Positions 30,109 to 42,017 of a DNA stretch of 64,000 nucleotides are shown in pieces. Source of the DNA: TPA_inf: Saccharomyces. Its lineage: Eukaryota. A program made the position numbers and the translations under genes. The stretch is taken from positions 128,001 through 192,000 of the forward strand of contig BK006947.3 in NCBI GenBank assembly GCA_000146045.2. Reading direction: 5' to 3'. The stretch's first letter is position 1. The number at the start of each line of letters is the position of its first letter. A model generated the notes under the pieces. It was not told the DNA's origin. It searched no databases and saw only the letters and a list, made by a program, of their open reading frames with translations.

Positions 30109-32373
30109 TTAATCATCTAGAGCAGTGCCTCTAATTTCGTAAATATCATCAATGGCATTCCTTCGCAGGGGAGTGTCGGCAAACAATAACTCTATCCATT
30201 GGATTAGTTCGTCTGTCGCAAAAAGATAAAAATCCCCATTGTAAAACATCTCCATAATCTCCTTTAAATGTAATGGTAGAAACTTGCCCATAGTGGCGAA
30301 TTTTTCTCTCATCTTTTTGTAACTTGGTTCCTTCGCTAATAATTGTATATCGGTGTTGTTCACTAATAAAGATACGAGCTCACCCAAATTTTCGGAATTG
30401 ACCTCAGAGATAATCTGCCATTTTAATATTTCCTTTGTCACGCAATCGTTATATAAAAAGTTTAAGAAAGACAACAAGTAACGGGAACCTTCTTCACCTC
30501 TTATTTTCTGCAGTGGACGAACAATTTCCTTCAAGATATAAGGTAGCAGTTTCTCAATGGTGGCGTCCCACGATGGATTTCTCTCGTTCTCACGAAATTC
30601 GGTCAATTGATGCCTGATTAGTTGACAGACAATACGATATTTCATGTTCAGTTTAGTTTCCAGCAGGTTCCTTGTTAATTCTTTTATTCTATACAGCTTT
30701 TCATCTCGTTCTATTAGATATCTCATATCCACATATAATTGGCACCAATTGTGAGAAAAATTAGCTGTGCACATGGCCATATACGATGTCTGCAAAAGGT
30801 TGTATTTGTACGCAAAGTATTGCTCATCAACATGGCTATCTGCAAAGCTACTCTTGAAATTCTGTGAAATTGCCAAGAACAATTTTGGTAACTGTGTAAC
30901 TTCAATGTGGTCTTTATCAAGTGATCCTACATCATGAGCTTTTAAATGTTCCTTTCCATTTTCTAGGGAAGCATCATCTATATTTTCGTCAATTGCCCAG
31001 GCTTCATCCCAGGCATTTTCTTCTTCTTCTGGTTCTTTTTCCTTCTCTTGATTTGTTTTTTCTTCCTCGTCGTCAATATTTACATCAATTTCATCACCCC
31101 ATGCATCGGCATCATCATCCTCTACTTCCCAATTCCAATCATCATCTTTGGATACGGCATTATGGAGTTCTTTTTCGTTCTGTACATCTGAATCATTTTT
31201 TCCAATTTTTTCGCTCATCGTATTAGTATTGCTAGTAGTGAGCTCAACTACTTCCAAATTTTGCCAGCTCTTTTTTGGATCTTCAAATATACTTCTTATC
31301 TCACTAATATGCGATTCAAGAACTTTATCTAGTAATAAATTGTAGTATAATTGTTTGTTCATTAACAAATCCTGAATCTCTTTACCGGAATGTGTCCAAT
31401 TGGTAACTTCTGATTTGGCAACTAGTCTAGTTAGTTTGTTATTTATGACAGAAACTAGATTTTTTAGCGGTGAATCAAGTGATTCTAAAATTATCGATGC
31501 ATTATTTTTCACAAATTTGGTAAACTCCGTATTGAACAAGGGACCTAGCTCATAACTTAAGGTCTTTCTGTCTCTAAAGGCTAATCCGTCTAACATGAAA
31601 TCGCATACTGCTTCAAAACTTGTTAATACAGTAGACACACAATGTTGGCCATGCGAAGAGGATTTAGAAAAGACAAGTATGTTTTTTTCGTTTTCATATG
31701 AGATTTCTTTACCAGATATAAAAATAGAATTTTTGATCATGCTTACAATCCTGGAAAGGTTCATATACTCCTTCATGATTGTATTCAATTTTGCTCTTAC
31801 CTGCTCTTGAGAGTCGGCACTGGTCATATCTAAAATGAACCAAGCTTGATTGTCCAAACTACCCTTAGGAAAATACTGTTGGGCCACAAAATCCATAAAT
31901 GTATCATACTCAATATGAACCTTGTCTTTACCCCATTCCACTGTGGGCGTAAATTGGATGCTATTCTCGGTAATCTTCCAAAATCCATTAGTAAGAATTT
32001 TATACAACGTGCTGACAAGTTCTAAATGCAGTGTGTCGACGTAGGTAGAAATGGACTGCTGGAAATTAAAGCTTTGCTTAAGATAAGCAGCATTATTACG
32101 CATCTTTTTTCGCAATGACTGCAACGAATAGTAGCAGTTTTCTAGTTCTAGTATGTTCAAATTAGTTTTAACTTCTTTTATGAGATTTAAAAACGTCTTC
32201 AAATTATCTAGGATGTTCAGTTCGTTGGCTAGAATTGCCTCGCGTTGTAGTAGGTCACTAGAATCAAGTTCTAACTCACTGCCATTGGACCTTTTGCTGT
32301 CATTTTTTAATATTAAAGGATCCTTCAGTAACTCGCGTATTATTTCACCTTTGTTAGGAAAAAGAGACTCCAT
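30109..32373 (-). CDS. DSL1: Dsl1, ER tethering-complex subunit (Golgi-to-ER retrograde traffic), 754 aa
   Basis: The track ORF starts at TTG. The first ATG (cat 32371-32373, MESLFPNKGEIIREL...) gives 754 aa. A central acidic Trp-containing unstructured segment (DDDWNWEVEDDDADAWGDE...EENAWDEAWAIDE) is present. Confidence 0.9.
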   Translation of the reverse strand: MESLFPNKGEIIRELLKDPLILKNDSKRSNGSELELDSSDLLQREAILANELNILDNLKTFLNLIKEVKTNLNILELENCYYSLQSLRKKMRNNAAYLKQSFNFQQSISTYVDTLHLELVSTLYKILTNGFWKITENSIQFTPTVEWGKDKVHIEYDTFMDFVAQQYFPKGSLDNQAWFILDMTSADSQEQVRAKLNTIMKEYMNLSRIVSMIKNSIFISGKEISYENEKNILVFSKSSSHGQHCVSTVLTSFEAVCDFMLDGLAFRDRKTLSYELGPLFNTEFTKFVKNNASIILESLDSPLKNLVSVINNKLTRLVAKSEVTNWTHSGKEIQDLLMNKQLYYNLLLDKVLESHISEIRSIFEDPKKSWQNLEVVELTTSNTNTMSEKIGKNDSDVQNEKELHNAVSKDDDWNWEVEDDDADAWGDEIDVNIDDEEEKTNQEKEKEPEEEENAWDEAWAIDENIDDASLENGKEHLKAHDVGSLDKDHIEVTQLPKLFLAISQNFKSSFADSHVDEQYFAYKYNLLQTSYMAMCTANFSHNWCQLYVDMRYLIERDEKLYRIKELTRNLLETKLNMKYRIVCQLIRHQLTEFRENERNPSWDATIEKLLPYILKEIVRPLQKIRGEEGSRYLLSFLNFLYNDCVTKEILKWQIISEVNSENLGELVSLLVNNTDIQLLAKEPSYKKMREKFATMGKFLPLHLKEIMEMFYNGDFYLFATDELIQWIELLFADTPLRRNAIDDIYEIRGTALDD

Positions 32374-32630
32374 ATCCAATCGAGAGACTTCGTGATTTGT
32401 AAAAGTTATGCGAATCAAACCACTTTTTTACTGACAAATTTAACGTAATCCTTTAAGACTATGAACCATGTTATGAAACATCTCTTAGTTCAACATGTCG
32501 CCTAATTGTATATCGCTATTGACGAAAGAGAAGTATCTTTCATGAGGTCAATAATAACGTTCAATGGTTAATGAGCACTATAATCATAAACAAATAATGA
32601 CTTTGATAATTATATAATAGTTATATTCGC

Positions 32631-35600
32631 TCAAGTTATTGGTGGTCTTAACTTCTCGAGTTCTTCGTTACAAATAGAACAGTAATTTTGCAATTGAGTG
32701 TCATTAAACCAAAGATCAGTCATCTCTATAGACACCATCGAGCATTTATTTACTTCTTCCAGCAAGAATTTTTCGTAGTCGTCATGCACTAATTGTTTCT
32801 CCATGTCTTGGAGTATTCTAAGTTCAATTAGCAATTCATTTCTCCTCATAGCCAACTGTTTTCTCGTTTCGCTATACTGATAGTCCTTATTGAAATTGTC
32901 CTCGCTGAACTTCTCAAAAATGGGGTTATTTGACGGCACTGACAGTTGACTACTTAGCAAGTCCGAATCACTTATGTAAATGGCTCTTTGCATTGTGAAC
33001 TTATCTGATCCAAGACGGTCGTGGAACAGTTTTTCAGCTCTCTTTATTGACCAGTAGGGCACTGATGCTTTTTCTGATAAAAGTATGTTTATCATAATAG
33101 ATGCTAATAATCCGACCACCATCATTCGATTAATCCGTGAGAACTTTTCAGCACATAATAATAGAATACCGATAAGTATTCTGAAGAATACAAACGTCAA
33201 ATTCGTTACTCTGTAAACCATTAGTTTGATAAACACTAGGAAAAGGATAGTACAAGAATACCTGATGTCATATTGCATACTTTCACTCTCTTTGGAGTTG
33301 CCATTTTTTTCAGTAGCAGGTTCTTCACTTTTGTTGCTGAGAACACCTAATATACCACATAGTTTGATAGCTTTGATAACTTTTCCGTGTTTGCCAATCT
33401 TTTCCAAGTAGTACCGTAACACCCTTCTTATCAGTAGGAATTCACTATGAGCAAATTTCAAGGCCCATGTTTGGCATATTATTTCAGCCAAAGATAGCTT
33501 TTCTATTGTTTTGCCAGTTCTACTATCAATATATTCTAGTTTGTATAGGACATGAAGCGATGAACTGCTCGCCGTCATATTCAACTTTATTTCAAGATGG
33601 TTATCTACATCATATGACTCAGTTATGACAAATTTAATTGAAAGCTTCAATAAATGACAAAATGGCACTTTAACGAAAAAAGGATCTAAATCGACTTCAT
33701 AATATTTGTTATCAACAATTTTGACTATCCTCTGTGTAGCAAAAATCATTTTAGATTCCTTATCTCTATGATATTTACCAGTATTTAAAAAATTACCGGT
33801 CATATCCAATCGAAATGGTATCTTTCGAACTAATTGTGATTTCCCGTTGATGTCTTTGTTTTTATACCAAAAACGTTTCCCGTGTTCTTCCCCATCTTTT
33901 CTTGCTAAAAACAGGCATTTTGGAAAAGCATTCGATTTATCTCCAAATAGTATGTGGGCTAGTCCTTTACTAGATATTTCATATTCATGATTGTAAGTAA
34001 TCGAGTACTCTGTCTGAAGTTTTTTGAGTCTGTTTAATAAAGTAGATGCATCATCGGACATCTCCCAAAATGTCACACGTGATTTGATGATTTTGGATAC
34101 GCTGGTGGCCTTACGATCAAAGGAGTTTTCTTGTTCTATCTTATATAATTCTTCTTGTTTTTTTTCTTGAGATTCTTTTTCCATCTGTTCAAACTTTACT
34201 AAAATCTCTTCGTTACTATTTGGGTTTTTTATAGCCTTGTTTTCTAACAGATATTGCAACTTAGATGCAATAAGCTTATAGTCAGAAAATAAAACGATTG
34301 CTTTCATTTGTAGACCGCTGGCATCGTAAAGTTTTAAGGTCTTCTTTGATGATCTGTCGGCTTCTACAGAAACGATTTCAGACAAGCTGATCTTTGTAAG
34401 ACAGATAAATTCCATAGAATTCATGTAGCAATAAATGTAGTCTTTTGTGCAAAAGCAGGTAGCTGAGAACTTCTGCTTTTTGTTAGGACACCACAATGCT
34501 TCAAACTTGAAAAGTAAAAGCTCTTCCGGTAGCTTCTCCAACCTTTGGTCCGGAGAAAATACTAATGACTTGAACTGTAGATCAAGCACTTTCAACTCAT
34601 TAGAATAATATTGAGGATATATAGTGGAGTTTCTTATTGGAAGCCTTTTGCCATCGATCGTTAATAAAGAGGAGGGTTTCTTTCCCTTTCCTGGCAATAT
34701 AGTATATTCACTCCAATCGGTCGTGCCCCATATATTCGCAAGAACAGCATTAGGGAACCAGCTACCTTTTGTGAGGAAATTAGACAGAATAGCCAGTTGT
34801 GTCATTTTTGTAGATATTGGTGTTGTTGGCATTTGGAACTGAAACACCTTCTCCTCTCCTAAAGTCAAAATATCATATTCAGAGATTGAGCAGTTCAGCG
34901 TTTCATACAAGGACTCGGTTTCTTTGTCAAATGTTGTGATTAATTGATCTATGGAGGTGGTTGTACTAGAGGCAAATTCAAAAAACTTGGGAGAAAATCT
35001 TTTAAACGCCAGCTCATATTCAAGACTATCATGTTGTATACTCATGACATACTTTTTTGTCGCTTCAAAAGCTATTAACCATGATTTCAAATCTAGATAA
35101 TTTGAAGTTTGAAAGACCAACGTGATATCCTTTGACATGTTATCATGTGCCTCTGTTACTTTATTACCAAATATTTTTACTTCAAAACAAAATTTTCGAT
35201 CTTCCTCTGGGTCATAGCGCACATTAGTAAGGAAGACACCAAACTTATCAGTTTCCTCCACGTAGGTCTTCGATGGCGACAAAAGGAACATACCAAAAAC
35301 TGCATTTTTCAGAAAGCACCATCTTCTCACCCATATTTCCCTGGTAGGCTTTCCAACCTGTGTTTTCATATAAAGCCACCCAGACTTTTCGGGCGATTTT
35401 GGAGGCACTTGCGTATCCTTTGATAGCAGCTTCGAGGAATGTATTGATCTTATATTGTAATCACTTGTGTCACTTGACGGCGTAATTCGTTTCAAGGTAT
35501 ACCTATATGCTTGCTTTTTTGCATTACTGATATCAGAATCCAATACTTTCGATCCTTCGATGGAATTTTCTACCCATATTGCGTAATTGTCTAAATACTC

Positions 35601-36320
35601 ATTAATGCAAGGAGATAAATCTATTTTCCTTCCAGAATCTTTCGTTATAAAAATGCTTCTTGACTTTAATACTTTCATTGACTCTAGTATGAATTTATCT
35701 AAGCTTAATTTTACTGCTGATATGGCACTTATGAGGTCTAGGGAGGCCTTAAGGTAGTTTTTTTGCACTTCAAATAATTGTAAGGCATCACTTTTGATAG
35801 AAGATGGCTCTAAACTGGTTTTTGAAATTCTTATAGCCTGGTAGGATGCCAGCATACTGTCATATTTACCTTGGTAAAAATCGAAATTTTTTCTCACGTT
35901 TCTGTAGGGTTCAATTGCAGTAGTCATAAGTTCTAATAGCGCGGTTGAGTGGCTAGAGTCATCACCCTTTACAATTTGCAGTAATTTCATAGAAAAGTCA
36001 TAATAGTCCTTGTTAAAACTATCAATCAGCCTGGGAGTAAACGATTGGTTACTGACAAAACCGTTGCTCAGCAAGGCTGGAGGAGGTAACAATTGGGATA
36101 GGAGAGTTTCCTTTGCTCTTCGAAAATCTTCAAATGACACCTTATATTTCTGATCGAAAAAGTCGACAGTCTTCTCTATCCAATCCTCTAATGCATCCAC
36201 CCTTGTTTGGAAGAAATTTACGGATGCACGAAAGGAAGGAGAGTCAATTGATGCTTCTTTGAATGCAACCGATATTAGCCTTAACTGCCTCTTTTTGGGA
36301 TCCCTCCCGTGAACGGACAT
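32631..36320 (-). CDS. SIP3: Sip3 (Snf1-interacting protein; PH/GRAM and StART-like lipid-transfer domain membrane protein), 1229 aa
   Basis: 1229-aa ORF with ATG start (cat 36318-36320) and TM segments near the C-terminus. Length and position match YNL257C. Confidence 0.88.
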   Translation of the reverse strand: MSVHGRDPKKRQLRLISVAFKEASIDSPSFRASVNFFQTRVDALEDWIEKTVDFFDQKYKVSFEDFRRAKETLLSQLLPPPALLSNGFVSNQSFTPRLIDSFNKDYYDFSMKLLQIVKGDDSSHSTALLELMTTAIEPYRNVRKNFDFYQGKYDSMLASYQAIRISKTSLEPSSIKSDALQLFEVQKNYLKASLDLISAISAVKLSLDKFILESMKVLKSRSIFITKDSGRKIDLSPCINEYLDNYAIWVENSIEGSKVLDSDISNAKKQAYRYTLKRITPSSDTSDYNIRSIHSSKLLSKDTQVPPKSPEKSGWLYMKTQVGKPTREIWVRRWCFLKNAVFGMFLLSPSKTYVEETDKFGVFLTNVRYDPEEDRKFCFEVKIFGNKVTEAHDNMSKDITLVFQTSNYLDLKSWLIAFEATKKYVMSIQHDSLEYELAFKRFSPKFFEFASSTTTSIDQLITTFDKETESLYETLNCSISEYDILTLGEEKVFQFQMPTTPISTKMTQLAILSNFLTKGSWFPNAVLANIWGTTDWSEYTILPGKGKKPSSLLTIDGKRLPIRNSTIYPQYYSNELKVLDLQFKSLVFSPDQRLEKLPEELLLFKFEALWCPNKKQKFSATCFCTKDYIYCYMNSMEFICLTKISLSEIVSVEADRSSKKTLKLYDASGLQMKAIVLFSDYKLIASKLQYLLENKAIKNPNSNEEILVKFEQMEKESQEKKQEELYKIEQENSFDRKATSVSKIIKSRVTFWEMSDDASTLLNRLKKLQTEYSITYNHEYEISSKGLAHILFGDKSNAFPKCLFLARKDGEEHGKRFWYKNKDINGKSQLVRKIPFRLDMTGNFLNTGKYHRDKESKMIFATQRIVKIVDNKYYEVDLDPFFVKVPFCHLLKLSIKFVITESYDVDNHLEIKLNMTASSSSLHVLYKLEYIDSRTGKTIEKLSLAEIICQTWALKFAHSEFLLIRRVLRYYLEKIGKHGKVIKAIKLCGILGVLSNKSEEPATEKNGNSKESESMQYDIRYSCTILFLVFIKLMVYRVTNLTFVFFRILIGILLLCAEKFSRINRMMVVGLLASIMINILLSEKASVPYWSIKRAEKLFHDRLGSDKFTMQRAIYISDSDLLSSQLSVPSNNPIFEKFSEDNFNKDYQYSETRKQLAMRRNELLIELRILQDMEKQLVHDDYEKFLLEEVNKCSMVSIEMTDLWFNDTQLQNYCSICNEELEKLRPPIT

Positions 36321-36622
36321 ATTTCAAGTAATGATATATCTCTGCAATATGTCAATTGATCAACAGGTCTACTCATGCAGCTATGTTTTAGTTACACCTA
36401 GTAGTTTAAAATTTCACGTGTACTTTCCCTGTTTTGAACGCATTAGCAATAGCGCTGGTGTCGTTGCGCAAATTCATAATAAAAGGAAAATTTGAAAAAC
36501 TTATGATAAATTGCAAGGTCATCGAAAACAGAAGAACAAGGTTTTTTCCTTTAGTAAATGCAAAATTAGTAAAAGTGATAGCGTCTTCTTTGATTAACAA
36601 GTTTCAATCTTTGCCTTTGGCT

Positions 36623-39097
36623 ATGTCAAAGCTATTTTCTACTGTCAATTCTGCAAGACATAGTGTACCACTAGGCGGCATGAGAGATTATGTGCACATT
36701 AAGAAACTAGAGATGAATACAGTTCTTGGGCCTGATTCCTGGAATCAATTAATGCCTCAGAAATGTCTACTAAGCTTAGATATGGGTACAGATTTTAGTA
36801 AATCTGCGGCTACGGATGATTTGAAATATTCTCTAAATTATGCAGTTATTTCTCGTGATTTGACGAATTTCGTCAGCAAAAAAAAGAATTGGGGTTCTGT
36901 TTCTAATTTGGCTAAATCTGTGTCTCAATTTGTTATGGACAAATATTCTGGTGTCGAGTGTCTGAATTTAGAAGTGCAGGCGGATACAACGCATATTAGA
37001 AGTGACCACATATCTTGTATTATTCAACAAGAAAGAGGGAATCCAGAATCACAGGAATTTGACGTTGTTAGGATATCTGAGTTAAAAATGTTGACTTTGA
37101 TTGGTGTTTTCACCTTTGAGAGACTTAAGAAACAGTATGTAACTTTGGATATAAAGTTGCCTTGGCCAAAGAAAGCCGAATTGCCACCGCCAGTGCAAAG
37201 CATAATTGATAACGTTGTCAAGTTTGTGGAGGAATCAAATTTCAAGACTGTGGAAGCTCTTGTAGAATCTGTGTCAGCTGTTATTGCCCATAACGAGTAT
37301 TTTCAAAAGTTTCCAGATTCGCCTTTGGTGGTGAAGGTTTTGAAATTAAACGCAATCACAGCCACAGAAGGTGTTGGTGTAAGCTGTATTAGAGAGCCCA
37401 GGGAGATTGCGATGGTAAATATTCCATATCTTTCCTCCATACATGAATCGTCTGATATTAAGTTCCAATTGTCTTCATCACAAAACACTCCTATTGAGGG
37501 TAAAAATACATGGAAAAGAGCGTTTTTAGCGTTTGGTTCAAACATTGGGGACCGTTTCAAACACATTCAAATGGCGTTGCAATTATTATCAAGGGAAAAA
37601 ACGGTTAAATTACGGAATATTTCGTCTATTTTTGAAAGTGAACCAATGTATTTCAAAGATCAAACCCCTTTCATGAATGGGTGTGTTGAGGTGGAGACAT
37701 TACTGACCCCAAGCGAATTATTAAAATTGTGTAAAAAAATTGAATATGAAGAGTTGCAAAGAGTCAAGCATTTTGATAATGGTCCGAGAACAATAGATCT
37801 GGATATTGTTATGTTTTTGAATAGCGCCGGAGAAGATATTATAGTAAATGAACCGGATTTGAATATACCGCATCCTAGAATGCTGGAGAGGACTTTCGTT
37901 CTTGAGCCGTTATGTGAATTAATATCCCCCGTTCACCTTCATCCTGTGACAGCGGAACCCATTGTAGACCATTTAAAACAGTTATACGACAAACAGCATG
38001 ATGAAGATACCTTATGGAAATTAGTTCCATTGCCTTATCGTAGTGGTGTGGAGCCTAGATTTTTGAAATTCAAGACCGCTACAAAACTTGACGAATTTAC
38101 TGGAGAAACAAACAGAATTACTGTTTCACCTACATATATCATGGCTATCTTCAACGCTACACCAGATTCATTTTCCGATGGAGGTGAGCATTTTGCGGAC
38201 ATTGAAAGTCAATTGAATGATATCATTAAATTGTGTAAAGACGCATTATATTTGCATGAGAGCGTCATCATCGACGTTGGAGGGTGTTCTACCAGGCCTA
38301 ACTCTATTCAGGCGTCTGAGGAAGAAGAAATACGCAGGTCTATCCCATTAATTAAGGCCATTAGAGAAAGCACTGAGTTACCGCAAGATAAAGTCATACT
38401 ATCCATTGATACTTATCGTTCCAATGTCGCTAAAGAAGCGATTAAAGTTGGAGTGGATATTATTAATGATATTTCGGGAGGTTTATTTGACAGCAACATG
38501 TTTGCCGTAATTGCAGAGAACCCAGAAATTTGTTATATTTTATCACACACACGTGGTGATATTTCAACGATGAATAGGCTGGCGCATTACGAAAATTTTG
38601 CATTGGGTGATTCTATTCAGCAAGAATTTGTTCATAATACCGACATTCAGCAGCTAGACGACTTGAAAGACAAAACAGTGTTAATCAGGAATGTTGGTCA
38701 AGAAATTGGCGAAAGGTATATCAAAGCGATTGATAATGGAGTAAAGCGCTGGCAAATTCTAATCGACCCTGGACTTGGTTTTGCTAAGACCTGGAAGCAA
38801 AACTTACAAATTATTAGACATATCCCCATTTTAAAGAACTACTCATTCACCATGAACTCAAACAATTCGCAAGTGTATGTTAACCTCAGAAATATGCCCG
38901 TTTTATTGGGTCCATCGCGCAAAAAATTCATTGGACATATCACAAAAGATGTGGATGCGAAGCAAAGAGACTTTGCTACTGGAGCGGTGGTAGCGTCGTG
39001 TATTGGTTTCGGCAGCGACATGGTTAGGGTCCATGACGTTAAAAATTGTTCGAAGAGCATTAAATTAGCAGATGCTATTTATAAAGGTTTGGAATAA
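36623..39097 (+). CDS. FOL1: Trifunctional folate-synthesis enzyme (dihydroneopterin aldolase / HPPK / dihydropteroate synthase), 824 aa
   Basis: The track ORF begins at TTG 36434. The first in-frame ATG at 36623 ([19 protein letters not shown]...) gives 824 aa. HPPK and pterin-binding DHPS regions are recognisable. Confidence 0.9.
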
Positions 39098-39328
39098 AGG
39101 TTAGTTATATAGATTAAATATGTAATTCTGTTTTGTAATAATTTTTTTTCCTGTTTCATAATAAAGAATCGTTAAAAATAACCAAGGGAGGAAACAAGTG
39201 AAATGAAGTATAGAAAAGATATAGAAAATAAACTTAAATATTCAGTTTACTTGTGCTTCTTTTTTCCCCTCTATGAAATATAGCATGATAAGTGATTGTT
39301 CCTTTGTTTTTTTCAGTGGATGTTTCAC

Positions 39329-39790
39329 CTAAGCCTTTGGACAATCCTTGGAAATATGGCCAGTTTCGTTACAGTTGTAACAAAGCCTGTCATTTTGACA
39401 GTCCCTGGACATGTGGCCAGCTTGACCACAAGTGTAACATTTCAATCCACTAATTCCGTCCTCTTTCATACAGTCCTTAGCCATATGGTTTGGACCACCA
39501 CATTTATAACATGAAACTTTGGAGAATCTGCTGGTCTTCTTTGGTTCAGGGCATTCTCTGGAGATGTGGCCGGTTTGGTTACAGTTGAAACAACGTTGCA
39601 CAGTACATTCACTTCTAACGTGACCGGTTTCACCACAATTGTAACATTGCTTGAATTCAACTGTTCTTGGCATGGTACAATCCGTTTGAACGTGACCGGG
39701 TTTGTTACAGTTGTAACATAGTCTTTCAGAATCACAGTCTTCTGCCAAATGGCCAATCTTACCGCAAACGTAACAAGCTTTTTGAGACAT
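39329..39790 (-). CDS. GIS2: Gis2, CNBP-like protein with seven CCHC zinc knuckles, 153 aa
   Basis: Seven repeats of CX2CX4HX4C (CYVCGKIGHLAEDC, CYNCNKPGHVQTDC, ...). The track ORF starts at TTG; ATG (cat 39788-39790, MSQKACYVCG...) gives 153 aa. Confidence 0.92.
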   Translation of the reverse strand: MSQKACYVCGKIGHLAEDCDSERLCYNCNKPGHVQTDCTMPRTVEFKQCYNCGETGHVRSECTVQRCFNCNQTGHISRECPEPKKTSRFSKVSCYKCGGPNHMAKDCMKEDGISGLKCYTCGQAGHMSRDCQNDRLCYNCNETGHISKDCPKA

Positions 39791-40042
39791 CTTTTTCGTA
39801 TTCTTTTCTTTTTTCCTGATTTCTGAAGGGAAAGCCTTAAAATAATACAATCCTCAAGTGCCCCCAAAGCAGAAAGAGCATTTCTAATCCATCGATGACC
39901 TTATTACAACTCTTGCCAAAAGAGAAAAGGAACGAAAAGAAAATTTTTTCAGCATTTCGTCTATCATGACACCACAGCAGTTCTTACTATAAAGCTCAAA
40001 TCCCTAAGCCATAAAGGCAACAAACGGCAATATACTACCTGT

Positions 40043-41248
40043 TTAATCGTGCGTATCCAGTCGCCATCTCCTGCTGGAATAGTTATGAACATCGAGTTTC
40101 AGTTCCCGCAGACGGTCTTCCTCTATGGCAGCTTCCCATTGCTCAATTGGATCAGAGTCGGCTACTATGATACCGTATTCAACTGTATCCTCGAGTAAGT
40201 CATAGGCTAGCATCCTTAATTCGGGATCGTAGTAATATTCCTTCTCGTTTAATTGTTGCTTTGGATGTTTATTCGGTGTCTTCGACGAGCAAGATTTATT
40301 CGAGAGATTTAATTGGTAAATACAAAAAGACGTAAGGGTTTCTGGAGCCAAAACGTAGTTACAGAAATCTGTTATCCCCCACCATTTTAAGGTTGCGGGC
40401 TGATTGTGCGTGAGTGCCCTTTTATATCTCTTAGCGATTTCTTCGCCAACCCTCAATTGCCTTTTCAGGCCGTAAAATCCAGCAGTAAATTTGTTTAAAT
40501 TCAACTTTCTAAACTCATCTACGGACAAGTAAGCCTTTTGTGAGTTTTTGAATGCATTTTTTGCTTCAAAATAGTATACAGACGATATCTTTCCCTCCAA
40601 TATGTCCATTACAATGGGCATGAAGGGTTCTACTTCAGTGAGTAGCTCATCCGAAAACAACATGGGTGGTAGTTTGAACTTGCTCATGTATTCTTCCCTT
40701 ACTTGAAGTTTTTTGATTATCTGCTCTTTAGAACTCAAACAACTTTGTAACGATAGCTTTTTATCCTCGGGAAATGAAGAGGAGAAGATTTGGTTATCTT
40801 CAACTGCCGATAGTTCTGCCTCCAAGAGTAATTTTTTACCGTCTAAAAGATTATTGTTCCTGCATTTGATAGACTCGATATCTTCATTTTTCAAATTCTG
40901 TATTAGTGGGATAGAAACGACCTTCTCTTCTTCTTTTTCTTTTCCTCTGAGTGCTGCATTCTTTGCGGCTTGTACTTCTGAATTTGGAAATGACCTCGAA
41001 AGTTTATCAAATGTGGCCACAGTGGAAAGCTTTTTTACTTCAATCTCATCTTCTGTGATACTGTCTATTTTGCCGCGCTTTTTTGAGGGGGAAAAGGCAT
41101 CATGGCCTGATAAGTCGTCACTTTCTCTATCATGTATGTCATGTTTTCCTTGTCTTTTCATTAACAGTAAGTTATCACCACTTCCCTTTTTTGTGGAATA
41201 AACACCTTTTCTCCTCACTCGATTAATTCCCAGACCAGGCCCAACCAT
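40043..41248 (-). CDS. RTC4: Rtc4 (restriction of telomere capping 4), 401 aa, function unknown
   Basis: 401-aa ORF with ATG start (cat 41246-41248). Length and position between GIS2 and TEX1 match YNL254C. Confidence 0.85.
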   Translation of the reverse strand: MVGPGLGINRVRRKGVYSTKKGSGDNLLLMKRQGKHDIHDRESDDLSGHDAFSPSKKRGKIDSITEDEIEVKKLSTVATFDKLSRSFPNSEVQAAKNAALRGKEKEEEKVVSIPLIQNLKNEDIESIKCRNNNLLDGKKLLLEAELSAVEDNQIFSSSFPEDKKLSLQSCLSSKEQIIKKLQVREEYMSKFKLPPMLFSDELLTEVEPFMPIVMDILEGKISSVYYFEAKNAFKNSQKAYLSVDEFRKLNLNKFTAGFYGLKRQLRVGEEIAKRYKRALTHNQPATLKWWGITDFCNYVLAPETLTSFCIYQLNLSNKSCSSKTPNKHPKQQLNEKEYYYDPELRMLAYDLLEDTVEYGIIVADSDPIEQWEAAIEEDRLRELKLDVHNYSSRRWRLDTHD

Positions 41249-42017
41249 CTCTGTCTACGCAGGTCAAAAATTTGTGCTAAGGTCTCGAGAGCACATACAG
41301 TACCCTTTTAATGTGATCTCATCGCTACATTTTTCAAAGCTTCCCATTTTAGCGACGCCATCTATATATAGGAAAAAAAAAAAGTTTAGGACGCTATTTA
41401 CCACAACAATTGAGATGCAGCACAAATAGGAGTATCATTGCCTCCCAATTTTCAAGGGAGTTTTCAGAGAATTACTATTCCATACCTATTCAATTACTGG
41501 AGTTGTCTTCAGTATCATAAAGGGTTTTGGATTTTCAATCGAATTGCCATTTTTTTCCTGCTTACGTTCGATAGATAGCCAAATGCAGTTTATATATATG
41601 TATGTAGACTTGAAGGTATATTAACAGTGCCCATGTTTCTTTGGAAAGTGTCAAATATCGCAAAGCATAACCTTGAAGGTTAACATTATTTTCTAGAAAT
41701 ACACCTTTCCCACTGGATATGATGACGGAAGAAACAAAACGTTAAATTATTGTACCGTTGTATAAAACAGTAACCGAGCATGGACAATTCATTTTTACAC
41801 CCCAACGACGCCACTAACCATGTATAGGTGTCTTGCCTAACTTATCATTATTCATAGTAGAATTAAGAAAATTAAAAGCCTTGCACCACAGGTTACGTAC
41901 ATAAGATATTATGTTAAATATATATCTCTTCAGTATTTCTACGTACAAAGCTTCACTCATTGAGGTTTGATTGGTGTACAGCTACATACATAAAAAGGAT
42001 CAAGTGAACTATTCGGC

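Noticed and set aside
41719-41725. ATGATGA (C-box-like) motif in the RTC4-TEX1 intergenic region as a possible C/D snoRNA
   Set aside because: No CTGA D box within 60-120 nt downstream on either strand and no terminal stem, so it is not a snoRNA.
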